This document shows, one piece after another, positions 26,986 through 38,825 of a stretch of DNA of 64,000 nucleotides. Position 1 is the first letter of the stretch. Every line of letters starts with the position of its first letter. The notes beneath the pieces are model-generated. The model saw nothing but the letters and a program-made list of their open reading frames with translations, was not told the origin of the DNA and made no database searches. The position numbers were made by a program, and so were the translations under genes. The stretch covers positions 138,260,001 to 138,324,000 of the forward strand of contig OX597817.1 in NCBI GenBank assembly GCA_951406725.2, given 5' to 3'. This DNA comes from Octopus vulgaris (lineage: Eukaryota).

Positions 26986-27058
26986 TACCCCTGATGTGAG
27001 TCGAACCTACATCCTCTGGATTAGAAGTCTAGTGCGCCATCCGCTGCCCCACAGGGAT
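26986..27058 (-). pseudogene. tRNA-Arg(TCT) pseudogene
   Basis: ATCCCTG TG GGGC AGCGGATG GCGC A CTAGA CTTCTAA TCCAG AGGAT GTAGG TTCGACT CACAT CAGGGGT A. Mismatches in the D, anticodon and T stems. Confidence 0.8.
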
Positions 27059-27118
27059 TCGCTGAGCTTCTCACACGAAGTTATGTCCAATAAAAACAAA
27101 AGAGCTGGAATTTCAAAC

Positions 27119-27191
27119 TATCCCTGGTGCAATTCGAACGCACGGCCTCTGGATTACAAGTCCAGTGCGCTATCCGCTGCGCCACAGGGAT
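27119..27191 (-). tRNA. tRNA-Arg-derived gene with anticodon TGT (Thr); functional status uncertain
   Basis: ATCCCTG TG GCGC AGCGGATA GCGC A CTGGA CTTGTAA TCCAG AGGCC GTGCG TTCGAAT TGCAC CAGGGAT A. All four stems pair, but C61 to T weakens the B box. Confidence 0.65.
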
Positions 27192-27699
27192 TCGCTAAGG
27201 TTCTCACTCGAAGTTATGTCCAATATCTTTTAAATCAAAATGAAAGCGTAACTAAAAAGCTGAAAGGTTAACCTTTCCAATTCGGGCTCAGATCAATTAA
27301 CTCTGACCAAGGCTTCCGACACTTTTATTTCTACATAAATATACGCAGCGTGCGGATAATTCTATCTTTTATTTGATTCTGTCATTAGACTGCGGCCATG
27401 CTGGGGCATCGCTTTGAAGAATTTCTAGTCGACTGAATCGACCTCAGGACTTAATTTTTTAAAACCTGGTACTTGTTCTATCGGTCTCTTTTGCTGAACT
27501 ACTACTGCACGAAAACACACCAACACTGGTTCTCAAGCGCTGGCGGGGGAGACAAACACAGACATAAAGACACACGCACACATGTACACACACACGTATG
27601 TATGTATGTATGTATGTATGTATGTATGTATGTATGTATGTATGTATGTATGTATGTATGTATGTATGTATGTCGCTTCTATTTTTTAATTATTATAAA

Positions 27700-28470
27700 T
27701 CTTCCACTGAGGTGTAGTTCACATTCGGAACTTGAGAAAAGTCTTGAATAGTTTTACTGTTCCACTCACAGATTGCTCTTGTAATGTACGAATCAGCCGA
27801 TCAATTTCTCTTTCTGAAAATCCCAGTTTATTCAGATTCTTGTTTACGCATTTACTAACAAAGCCTTATGCTCCAATTATTATTGGTATGAATATGAATT
27901 CATAGTCTGGATATAGAAGCTGGAGGTTTCGAAGTCCATAGATATCCTCTTTTTCTTTGATTTTCAAAGAGATATTCATATCTACAGGGCAGCTGACCTC
28001 TATGATGGTACACACCTTTGCCCCTCTGTCCCAAACAACAATATCTGACCATAAGTCTTGATGGGAATATTCCACCAGCATTCCTTGAGCTGGAGTTTAT
28101 GAACGTATCCCATAACAGAGGGATGGGATTTTCTAAGTTTACTTCGGGACAGTCTTCTCTGGGGATGACACTGTAAATGGAGGTAGTACCTTGATGACAT
28201 TTTAAGACAGCTGCTAATCACATGGGTGATGTGTTCCACAGAAACATGACATAGCCTCCATATGCGGTTGCACCTTGGGATTACAAGAGCGTCACTGTCT
28301 CTCTTGTTCACCAGGTACTTTGTGGCAATCTCCTGTTCCTGGATTGCAAACGCATAGCCCTCAGAGTGTGATGTAATGTGTCCAAGAGAGGCTGCGCTTC
28401 GTGTCAATTCTACTGTCTCCTTCAAGCTTCCGAGCAACATACCCATGCACAGACTTTTTTTATGCTGAGT
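27700..28470 (-). mobile_element. Decayed RLE-type non-LTR retrotransposon 3' fragment
   Basis: SEGYAFAIQEQEIATKYL...RLCHVSVEHITHVISSC (CCHC-like); SDIVVWDRGAKVCTIIEVSCP...KEKEDIYG. Confidence 0.8.
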
Positions 28471-29082
28471 GCTTTCCTGGCTTCTTTCAGACTCCGCCTA
28501 CCAAATCCACTCACAAAAACTTTGATCGGCCCGAAGCTATAGAAGAAAACACTTGCCCAAGGTGCCATGCAGTGGAACTGAGCCCGGAACCATGTGGTTG
28601 AAAAGAAGAGTTATTACCACACGGCCATACCTGCACCAATTTGTTGCGAGGATCAGTAAAAATAAATAAAAATAAATAATTGCAGCGAGAGAGAAATATC
28701 GTTGAATGACAAAGAGGAGTCAGAGATGAGCTACTTGAAGTTTTGCAGATGTATTTGTCTGGCAAATGAATTGATCCGAGATCGCGTATTGAAACGAAAG
28801 CGATTACAGCGTCGAAGACATATGTTAGACATTCAAAATAATTAACTTCCATGTTACGTAAGAGTCAATGAAGACATAAATCGACAGGAAAAACCGCCTC
28901 GTGTTTCGGAAACCCGCGTTACGGCAAGTTTCAATGAACGCAGTGCTTCCGTTCTTTCTATGCAAACAACTTATTGTATGTATGTATGTATGTATGTATG
29001 TATGTATGTATGTATGTATGTATGTATGTATGTATGTATGTATGCATGCATGCAGGCATGTATATATGTATGTATTATATAT

Positions 29083-29308
29083 GTTTCTTTACTGCCCACA
29101 AGGAGCTAAACACAGAAGGGACAAACAAGGACAGACAAACGGATTAAGTTGATTATATCGACTCCAGTGCGTAACAGGTTTAATCGACTCCGAAAGGATG
29201 AAAGGCAAAGTCGACCTCGGCGGAATTTGAACTCAGAACGTAGCGGCAGACGAAATACTGCAAAGCATATCGCCCGTCGTGCTAACGATTCTGCCAGCTC
29301 GCCGCCTT
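29083..29308 (-). mobile_element. SINE family A
   Basis: Full family A body. Confidence 0.85.
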
Positions 29309-29636
29309 GTATGTATCATATATGTGTGTGTGGGTGTATATGTGCATGTGTGTATGTATCTGTGTATGCTAATTAAAATGACTGTTGGTTTGGATAAAAG
29401 TAAACACAATCTCCACTGTCGAAAGCTGGTTCATTAAATACCAATATGGCGGCATTGTTGAAAGAATAAGGTTTGTAAATGGTGTCTTGTTACATCTTGA
29501 GTTTAATTGGCTGGTGGTGATTAACTTGTGTAATTAACGCCATTGCTGTTTATACTATTAATTAAATAAGCACATGTCACTACTGATCACAGACCGGGTG
29601 AGAGAAACTGAGGCAAGAATGACTGCGAAAGTATAC

Positions 29637-29685
<49 letters not shown>

Positions 29686-29899
29686 TGTGTGTGTGCGTGT
29701 ACCTCTATAGACAAATGTGTGTTAAATTCAGTTCCCACTTTATCTTCTTGAATGTAACATTAAAACTAATACCAGTAATACAACCGAAAATTTTGTTTTG
29801 TTTTGTTTTTTTCGTTGTTTTTATTTAGTGAGAGACATTGTTGTGACACAGTACTCAATAAACCAACGTTCCAGTTTCAATTCTCACTGACAGCACTTA

Positions 29900-30350
29900 C
29901 ATTGTAGTAAAGATTGTTTGCTAACATAACATGGCAGTCCCGGTTTAGGACTAATATTGCTGTAATTTAGCCCCTGGAGACATCTTCTCCAGCTGGCTAT
30001 ACGACACGATCTGTGTCCTTATATTTTCGAACAAGTAAATCTAGCACCCCCACTCAACTCAAAACAATATCTGTGATTTCAGGGTGATTTCACTTCTATT
30101 GGATACTACAAAAACAGAGACTTTATAACACTAATACCATTGGGTACTCGAAAAACCGAGAGGCTAAAACATTCATGACAAATTATATTTAAGCTGATTG
30201 GGGGTACTAGATTCCCTTGTTCGAAAATATAAGGACACAGATCGTGTCGTATAGCCAGCTGGAGACGATGTCTCCTGGGGCTAAATTACAGCAACATTCG
30301 TCCTAAACCAGGACTGCCATGTTATGTTGGCAAACAATCTTTACACCAAA
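29900..30350. mobile_element. Foldback/MITE-like element with ~150-bp inverted arms and a captured internal segment
   Basis: GTAAAGATTGTTTGCTAACATAACATGGCAGTCC...CTAGCACCCCCA versus TGGGGGTACTAG...GGACTGCCATGTTATGTTGGCAAACAATCTTTAC. Confidence 0.85.
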
Positions 30351-30499
30351 GTAAATATCCCACGTCGTGAGATTTTAAAATAGTAATTTTTTTACACTTA
30401 CATTGTTTTGTTAAACATAAACGTCCTTCCCTGTAGATTTGTCTTCTGAAATCTCATGAGAGACAACCAGCAATATATGACCCTGCAACAGCAACAGCA

Positions 30500-30895
30500 G
30501 TGGAGGCGCAATGGCCCAATGGTTTGGGCAGCGGACTCGCGGTCGGAGGATCGCGGTTTCGATTCCCAGACCGGGTGTTGTGTGTGTGTTTATTGAGCGA
30601 AAACACCTAAAGCTCCACGAGGCTCCGGCACGGGGGGGGGGGAGCGACCTCTGTTGTACTCTTTCGCTCCAACTTTCTCTCCCTCTTTCTTCCTGTTTCT
30701 TGTCCCCGACTTCCTACGCAACCGCTGAGCCTGGATGCGCATTCATCCATGCGTCGATGCTTTCGGTGTCGGGGGTTGACCTGCTTTCTCTTCTGCAGGT
30801 CTTACGAAAAGCAAAGGACCACGTTTCGGACTTCTCCCACTGGACGAAGACCGCTACGCTCAACGCTCAAACGCTCAACAGCAGCAGCAGCAGCC
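30500..30895 (+). mobile_element. SINE family C
   Basis: Family C head and (CAG)n tail. Confidence 0.88.
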
Positions 30896-30905
30896 AGATA
30901 GTGCA

Positions 30906-30976
30906 GTTCTTAGAGCACAGCCTCGGTGCTCCACATTTCTAATCCAGAGATCGTGTATCTAATTCCTATAAAAATG
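30906..30976 (+). pseudogene. Highly decayed tRNA-Arg(TCT) relic
   Basis: GTTCTTAGAGCACAGC...TTCTAATCCAGAGATCGTG...ATG aligns end to end with the intact copies; followed by T tracts. Confidence 0.5.
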
Positions 30977-31271
30977 AAATGCCTACTTTTTTACTTACTT
31001 TTTTGTTTTTTATCATGATTTCTTTTTGCGCCATTAGAGGATGGTGAATGACTGACAGTTATGTTTTCTCACTTGTACACATGAATTTTAATTAGATTTA
31101 ATGATGCCCTTCCCATCGGACTTTTAATTAGTCAGCAATCTTACGGAATCAAAACAAACTTTGAACAATTAAAAGTTATCCGTCACCAAATAAAGTTTTT
31201 GATTGATTACGTAAAGTATCACTCGCTTACATAATAATGTATATTTAGTTTAGGAATGGCGAAACGTTGTA

Positions 31272-31344
31272 GTCCCTGTAGCGCAGTGGATAGCGCGCTG
31301 GACTTCTAATCCAGAGGCCGTGGGTTCGAATCCCACCAGGGATG
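31272..31344 (+). tRNA. trnR-TCT: tRNA-Arg(TCT), intronless
   Basis: GTCCCTG TA GCGC AGTGGATA GCGC G CTGGA CTTCTAA TCCAG AGGCC GTGGG TTCGAAT CCCAC CAGGGAT G; T6 terminator at 31351. Confidence 0.96.
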
Positions 31345-31424
31345 CTGATGTTTTTTCTTTTTTTTTTCATCGGGACATATTTTTTTAACTTAATTTGTGT
31401 CAGAAACGATGGAGTAATATCAGT

Positions 31425-31633
31425 TTCAATATTTGGCACAAGGCCAGCAATTTTGGAGGAGGGGGAAGGCGATTACATCGACCCCAGTATGTAACTGGTA
31501 CTTATTTTATCGGCCCCGAAAGGATGAAAGGCAAAGTCGACCTCGGCGGAATTTGAACTCAGAACATTAGGACGGACGAAATGTTGTTAAGTATGTTGTC
31601 CGGAATGCTAACGATTCCGCCAACTCGCCGCCT
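31425..31633 (-). mobile_element. SINE family A variant
   Basis: GAAAGGATGAAAGGCAAAGTCGACCTCGGCGGAATTTGAACTCAG. Confidence 0.8.
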
Positions 31634-32282
31634 TGACGGTGGAGTAACACTGGAAACAGAATGTTGTTGATGTTTCAGCTGGCCAAATATCGCTGTGCTT
31701 GTTATTTCCCAGTGGGGTCCTGTATAAACATTTCTCACATCATGTTTTGTGGACAACGGTCACCGTTTGTATCAAGAGACAGTCGGGTTTGGCCACAATA
31801 GCCGTTCGTAATTATTGTCCCTAAAACTGTGTTCTTGCAGCCGAATTCAAACATTCTCATATGTCTGTGGGGTTTTGAGAATGATGTGGATGCCGCCAGA
31901 GGGATATATAAGCAGGCAAAGTCAACAATTGATATCGTGACAACAAAACAGTTCTAAATCGCATTCGATACTTATGTGGGACTGTAATAAGGTTACACAA
32001 CTGTCACTCGGCACACATTTGGAACGTTTGAGCTCTCACTCCAGACACGTTTCGTTCTGTGATAACCACAGCGTTCTCACACTCACTCTATGAATATGAT
32101 AGTGTTCTTCTTTAGCACTCCGTCGGTTGCGACGATGAGGGTCCCAGCTGATACGATCAACGGAACAGCTTGTTCGTGATATTAACGTGCAAGTGGCTGA
32201 GCACTCCACAGACACGTGTACCCTTAACGTAGTTCTCGAGGAGATTCAAGGCTGGCCGTTTGAAATACAGGTACAAGATAAC

Positions 32283-32472
32283 CAGGAAGAAAGAGCGAGA
32301 GAAAGTTGTGGTGAAAGAGTACAGCAGGGTTCACCACCACCCCCTGCCGGAGCCTCGTGGAGCTTTTAGGTGTTTTCGCTCAATAAAACTCACAATGCCC
32401 GGTCTGGGAATCGGGACCGCGATCCTCCGACCGCGAGTCCGCTGCCCTAACCACTGGGCCATTGCGCCTCCA
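32283..32472 (-). mobile_element. SINE family C, 5' part
   Basis: Family C tRNA-like head. Confidence 0.75.
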
Positions 32473-33345
32473 CATGATAGTGTAAAAGTCAATAGATAAT
32501 AACTCACTCCATTAACATTTCATACTGAAGAACAAGGGGTTCTAACACTCACAACATGCACATTCGGTCCAATGATAAGCAAGAGGATATATTTACAACT
32601 CTCTATACATTTGTTACTGTGAAAAAACAATCGTTATGAAACACAATCCCTATTCTTTTGGTGTTGTGATAAACAAGATGTTATAACACTCACACCACTT
32701 ATATTTGATATTGCGAAAGCTGAGATGTTAATAGACACACTCCATTTAAATTGAATACTGTGGACAGCTGTACGTCGTAACACTCATTTCCATATATTTT
32801 TCATACTCGTAAAACCAAGTAGGTATAACTCACGTGATTTATCTTTCGAACATTGAAAAGCGAGATGTTGCAACACTCGGTAGATTAATGTTCGGTTCCC
32901 TGGACACCAGGATGTAAAAACGTTTACTCCATTGGTATTTCGTACTGAGAAACCCAGGATGTAATGATCCTCTCTTTATGCATCGCACTTTCGAAAGCGA
33001 GATGCCATAACATTCTCTCAATTTATATTTGGTGCTGTGAAAACCGGGATATCATGACATCCACATCATCTACTATTCGTACAGTAAAAAATGAGATTTT
33101 ATACCACTCGCTCCATTTATACATATATTACTGAGAAAACCGCGATGTTATAAAATGCACTCAGTTTGTGTCTAGTATTTCGAAAACCACGATTTTAAAA
33201 CACTCACATCATCTATATTTGGGAATAGGGAAACTGGGATATTTAACAATCTGTATTTATTGAGAATTTACAAAAAAAAAAGAAAATGATGGGTGTGTAA
33301 ACAACAAACAGATGTATTAGTTTAACACTCGGGAAGTGAGAAAGT

Positions 33346-33381
33346 CTTTTACGTTTCGAGCCTACGCTCTTCAACAGAAAG
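33346..33381 (-). ncRNA. Minimal hammerhead-like motif, core CUGUUGA (A6U)
   Basis: CTTT-CTGTTGA-A-GAGC(GTAG)GCTC-GAAA-CG-TA-AAAG. Stems I and II pair perfectly; ACGT palindrome in place of stem III. Confidence 0.6.
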
Positions 33382-33728
33382 GAACAAAGAAAATAAACAG
33401 GGAGAGAAAATAGAAAGTTCGATATTTATGTTTGATAGTGTGAAAACCGAAATATTTTTAAAACCTTTCGATTTATATTTCGTACTCTGGAAAGCGAGAA
33501 GTTATAAAAGTCACCGAGTCGCTATAACACCTGATGCGTTTATATATCTAGCTTTAAGAATCGGTTTATAATAGCACTCAATCCATTTTCTGTTGATACT
33601 CGGAAGACTGAGATGATATAACTTCCCTCCATTGATAGTTGGTTCTGCGGAAACCAAACTGTTATAAAACTCTCTATATTTATACTTGATTCCGTAAAAC
33701 CCAGATGTTTAACATTTACTATATTTAT

Positions 33729-34182
33729 AGGCGCACGAGTGGCTGCGTGGTAAGTAGCTTGCATACCAACCACATTGTTCCAGGTTCATTCCCACTGCGT
33801 GGCAACTTGGGCAAGTGTCTTCTACTATAGCCTCGGGTCGACCAAAGCCTTGTGAGTGGATTTGATCGACGGAAACTGAAAGAAGCCCGTCGTATATATA
33901 TGTATATGTGTATGTATATATGTGTGTGTGTGTGTATGTGTGTGTGTGAGTGTGTGTGTGTGTGTCTGTGCCTGTGTGTGTTTGTGTGTCTGTGTTTGTC
34001 CCCCACCATCGCTTGACAACCGATGGCGGTGTGTTTACGTCTCCGTAACCTAGTGGTTCGGCAAAAGAGGAAGATAGAGTAAGTACTGGCTTACAAAGAA
34101 TAAGTCCTGGGGTCGATTTGCTCGACTAAAGGCGGTGCTCCAGCATGGCCGCAGTCAAATGACTGAAACAAGGAAAAGAGAG
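33729..34182 (+). mobile_element. SINE family B, full length
   Basis: Head, internal (TG)n and GACTGAAACAAG tail. Confidence 0.88.
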
Positions 34183-34479
34183 TATATTTCATACTACGAA
34201 AATCGTGGAGGTTAGCATTCCCTGCATTTATACATGATACACTGGAAATTGAGATGCTAAAGCAATCGGTCCGTTTATATTTGGTACTTGTAAAACCGAA
34301 ACCTTATAACACTCATTCAATTTATACGTGTCACTGCAAAAAGCACATGTCAAAATACACATTCCATATATATTTCCTACTGCGAAAGCCGAGATATAAG
34401 ACACACAGTTCATTCATATTTAGTAGAATTAAAACGGGATGTAAATTCTGCAGCAACAAACTGAAATAAACTTTAAAAA

Positions 34480-34700
34480 TCCTTCTGTTATGGAATACTT
34501 TCATAAACACCAACTCAAGGAACACTGTTAGACTATTCCCATCAAAACCTCTGTCAAATGTAAGCGTAACAGGCCGGATATTGTTGTTTGGGACAGAGGG
34601 GCAAAGGTATGTACCATCATAGAAGTCAGCCGCCCTACGGATATAAATATCTCTTTGAACACCGAAGAAAAAGAGGATATCTATGGTCAACTTGGATTGG
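34480..34700 (+). mobile_element. RLE-type LINE fragment
   Basis: IPIKTSVKCKRNRPDIVVWDRGAKVCTIIEVS...EEKEDIYGQL. Confidence 0.75.
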
Positions 34701-36149
34701 GTATTCTATATACCAAGATATTACAATACTCCGTTTCTTATTCCAATAACTACAATTTTTAGCCCTCACACCGTTTATATAGGTAATCTCACAACCAAGA
34801 TGTTATAACACTCATTTCATTTATGTTTGTTATTACAATATCCACAAATTTTAGCACTTACATTTATATTGGGTACGCTAAAAAGCGAAATGTTATAACG
34901 CACATACCATTTATGTTTGTTTTCCGATAATAAAGATTTTCGACTCTCACTCCATTTATATTGGGTACTCAAAAAACCGAAATATTACAGCAAGCATTCC
35001 ATTTTTGTTTGCTATTCTAATAACCACGATTTTAGGGCCCCTTACATTCATATTAGGGACTCCAAAAACCAAAATGTTATAACACGCATTCCAGTTATAT
35101 TTCCTATTCTGATAACCATGATTTTTACCACTCCCTCTATTTATATTAGGTACATTAAAAAAAAAAAAACGAGATGTTGTAACGCACATGCGGTTTATGC
35201 TTATTTTCGATAATAAAGATTTTCGACACTCACTCCATTTATATTGGGTACTCAAAAAACCGAAATATTACAGCAAGCAACCCATTTTTGTTTGCTATTC
35301 CGATAACTACGGTTTTCAGTAGTCACTCCATTTATAAAGGGTACTCCAAACCCCGAGATGCTAGGACACACATTCCATTTATGATTCTTATTCCATAACC
35401 AAGATTTTAACCTTCATTTCACTTCTATTGGATACTACAAAAACAGAGACTTTATAACACTAATACCATTGGGTACTCGAAAAACCGAGAGGCTAAAACA
35501 TTCATGACAAATTATATTTATCAATCCGATAAACACGATTTTTAATACTCACTCCATTTATATTGGGTACCTTAAAAACCGAGATGTTATAAAATCATTA
35601 CCATTTATATTTGTTACCCGATAACCACGATTTTTAGCATTCACTGCGTATATAATTTGTTGTTTGCAAACCAATTTGACTTAACATGTATTTATGTTTA
35701 ATATTCTCTTGACATGTTACGCCCTCTGTATTTCGTGTTCCAACAACGGATATTTTATAACAGTTACTCTCTTTGTATTTCGTTCAGAAACAACCAAGAT
35801 TTTATAACATTTATTCTATTTACATAAGATAATACTGTAATCGAAATGTTTAGAACTCTCTCTATTAATATTTGGTGAAGACCGAGATATATTACCACTC
35901 GATTCATTTATATTTTATTTGCCAAAACCGATCATGTATAACTCTCAATCTCTTTGTATTTCTACCAAACATTTCTGGAGTTAGTCTTTTAACAGTTTTT
36001 TTTTTTTTTTATCTCAACCACAAATACACGTGGAATGAATGTTGGAACTTCTTTGTTTCTATTGGAGTGTTTGTTACAATAGCTGTGTTTTTAAATACAA
36101 AAAAGGGTATGTTATGAGTGTTGTGTAACTACACACACATATGAGTATG

Positions 36150-36222
<73 letters not shown>

Positions 36223-36360
36223 CGGATATGTACTCGCATAGCAAGTGATTTGATCTGAGATCGTGTGCTGAAACGAAAACAATTGCAGCGTGGAAGGTGT
36301 TTGTAAGCCATTTAAGAAACACACAAAAGCCGTTCGATTCACTTCAACATTTAAGTTTAA

Positions 36361-36410
36361 TTTGTCAAAATATTTTCGTCGCTAAAATCCGCGACCTGTT
36401 CACTGACAAA
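36361..36410 (-). ncRNA. Minimal type I hammerhead-like motif with G3:C8 core swap
   Basis: TTTGTCA-GTGAACA-G-GTCGC(GGATTTTA)GCGAC-GAAA-ATAT-TT-TGACAAA. 7-bp stem I, 5-bp stem II, palindromic stem III. Confidence 0.6.
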
Positions 36411-36463
36411 AATCCATGCAGCACGGATTTTTGTCAGTGAACAGGTCGCGGATTTTAGCGACG

Positions 36464-36466
<3 letters not shown>
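36374..36466. repeat. Perfect 42-bp inverted repeat with 9-nt spacer
   Basis: 36374-36415 is the exact reverse complement of 36425-36466. Confidence 0.95.
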
Positions 36467-36505
<39 letters not shown>

Positions 36506-36888
36506 AAAATAAGCAACAAGTATATCCGAGGTAGAGCAGTACAATTATCTTGATTGTAATCACCCCATTTGATTTATATGGATAATACCATACAAAATTC
36601 TGGTGCCTTTGACTTAAGTACCATATTCATCTGAATATAAATTTTGCTGATCTTATATGGGGCAGCTGAAGAAGGGGAATGTTCCTTGTGTTGTTTGTCT
36701 TGTACTCTGTTTTTTTCGTTGTTAAAAAAAAAGTCCGTTTCCTTGATTTGTTTTTATGTTCTCTTTTCTCGTCGTGTTCTACCTTTATTTGTGGTGTCCT
36801 GTACTCATATATGCATGTATATATACATATAGATGTAGGTATGTACATATATGTATGTATGTATGCATATGTTTTATTTATTAAATTG

Positions 36889-36931
<43 letters not shown>

Positions 36932-36960
36932 CACTTATGTGTGTCTATATGTGTCAATAC

Positions 36961-37131
36961 ACATACATACATACATACATACATACATACATACATACAT
37001 GCATACATACATACATACATACATACATACATACATACATACATACATACATACATACATACATACATACATACATACATACATACATACATACATACAT
37101 ACATACATACATACATACATACATACATACA

Positions 37132-37161
<30 letters not shown>
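36961..37161 (+). repeat. (ACAT)n microsatellite
   Basis: Direct read. Confidence 0.97.
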
Positions 37162-37162
<1 letters not shown>

Positions 37163-37422
37163 GACAACGAATGCGAGAAAGTTCTCCAAAGAAGTTAACA
37201 AGAAAATTTCTTTTTCTAATTCTCCCCACCCAAATTGACTTGGGTGTGGAGAACTTACTTTAAACACCATATGAGCTTAAAATTTATATCATTAAAAACT
37301 TTTTTAAAATAATAAATTAAACTGAATAGAACTACCAGTGAAGTCATTCGTTTTCTTTTTTTAAAATATACCCAGCTGTACCAAGGATCTCACACATTTT
37401 CCAATACACACGCACATACGTA

Positions 37423-37654
37423 TATTTCTTTACTACCCTCAAGGGGCTAAACACAGAGGAGACAAACAAGGACAGACAAACGGGTTAAGTCGATCATATC
37501 GACCCCAGTGCGTAACTGGCACTTATTTAATCGACCCCGAAAGGATGAAAGGTAAAGTCGACCTCGGCGGAATTTGAACTCAGAACGTAACAGTAGACGA
37601 AATACCGTTAAGCATTTCGCCCGGCGTGCTAACGTTTCTGCTAGCTCGCCGCCT
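37423..37654 (-). mobile_element. SINE family A
   Basis: Full family A body. Confidence 0.85.
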
Positions 37655-38094
37655 TACACACATACATATATATTTATAGATTTGCTATTGATCGATGGAC
37701 AAATAAAACATCGTTCCTTGCTTTTTCATGGCGTCAGGGTTTGGCTGACAATATTTTAACCTATTTACATGTATTTCTATCATTCGTGTAACGAACAATT
37801 TGGTTAACGAACAGATTATGTTCGTATATAGAGACTCCTCTGTACACCAGATTATTTTTCCAAAATCATTGCCACATTTTCCAATGTCTAAATAACTTTG
37901 GTTTGAGACACAGGAATTTAGTGTGGGGCAGGGGGGACACAACGGATTACATCGACATAGGATTATGTTCGTAACAGTGACTTCTTAGTTATTAATAAAA
38001 GCTTAATAACGATAATCTTTTATTCATACGAACGTAACTGATATGAAATATGTCATAAATAACAGGGACAATTTCATATGACACCGCAAATTAT

Positions 38095-38330
38095 TGTTAT
38101 TGACAACGATCCGGAGATATTGAATTCACCTCAATAGACGTCATTGATTGGTTGAAATTGCCGAAATGCTAGAAATTAAAGAACAAATAGCTTACAAACT
38201 ACAGAATTTTCTCAAGAAAGCCCAGAGAAAAAGATGTTTTGTAAACACATTCTACCAGTATACGAAGTTTAAAAGTGTTTAGTTACAAAGAAATTATTTT
38301 AAAAATCTGCCGGTCCAAGCGAAAAGATCC
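38095..38330 (+). mobile_element. One-ended copy of the 22497 MITE family
   Basis: Ends in the same TIR (...AAAATCTGCCGGTCCAAGCGAAAAGATCC); near-identical to 62160-62395. Confidence 0.8.
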
Positions 38331-38752
38331 CACAAGGGTCGAAGTTATGAGGGGTTGCGAATATCTGGTTATATTGACCCAAGTATATGACTGGTATTTT
38401 ATTTTACCCTCCCCGGAACGATGAAGTCGTTAACTGCTCCAATCTCATATTATCTCCTCCTCCTACTTCTAAGACGCTTTAAGAAAGCTATGGCAGCGGA
38501 GGAAGGGTGGGCTGCTAATTCCAGCTGTAATTAAAGAACTTATTTAAAGTGCTTAAAAACCCCACCAGAAAATGTAATGAGAGAGAAGGAGTGATAGAGA
38601 GAGAGGAGAAGAGAGAAAAAGAGAGAGGCCGTTAGTAAAGTGTGAGAGAAAGTGTAGTCACAGATCTCTCCTTCACACAACTTTGATACATGGATAAAAA
38701 CAAAAGAAATTGTTTAAAACAATCTGTCATTTTAGAAGTTTTTACCTGTAGT

Positions 38753-38825
38753 GTCCCTGTAGCGCAGCGGATAGCGCGCTGGACTTCTAATCCAGAGGCC
38801 GTGGGTTCGAATCCCACCAGAGATG
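38753..38825 (+). tRNA. trnR-TCT: tRNA-Arg(TCT), intronless, acceptor-stem variant (C4:A69 mismatch)
   Basis: Cloverleaf as at 31272 but with D loop AGCGGATA and 3' end CAGAGATG; long T-tract terminator. Confidence 0.9.

Larger units (their letters stand above)
32495..35990. repeat. Degenerate ~47-bp tandem satellite interrupted by SINE/LINE insertions
   Basis: Recurring unit close to GATGTTATAACACTCACTCCATTTATATTTGGTACTGTGAAAACCGA. Confidence 0.85.

Noticed and set aside
30500-30580. tRNA-like heads of the SINE families as real tRNA genes
   Set aside because: They have A/B boxes but no complete cloverleaf, and they continue into repeated SINE bodies with tails and TSDs.
32495-35990. CRISPR-like repeat-spacer array
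   Set aside because: The whole ~47-bp unit is degenerate with no constant repeat or unique spacers, there are no cas genes, and the context is eukaryotic. It is a satellite.
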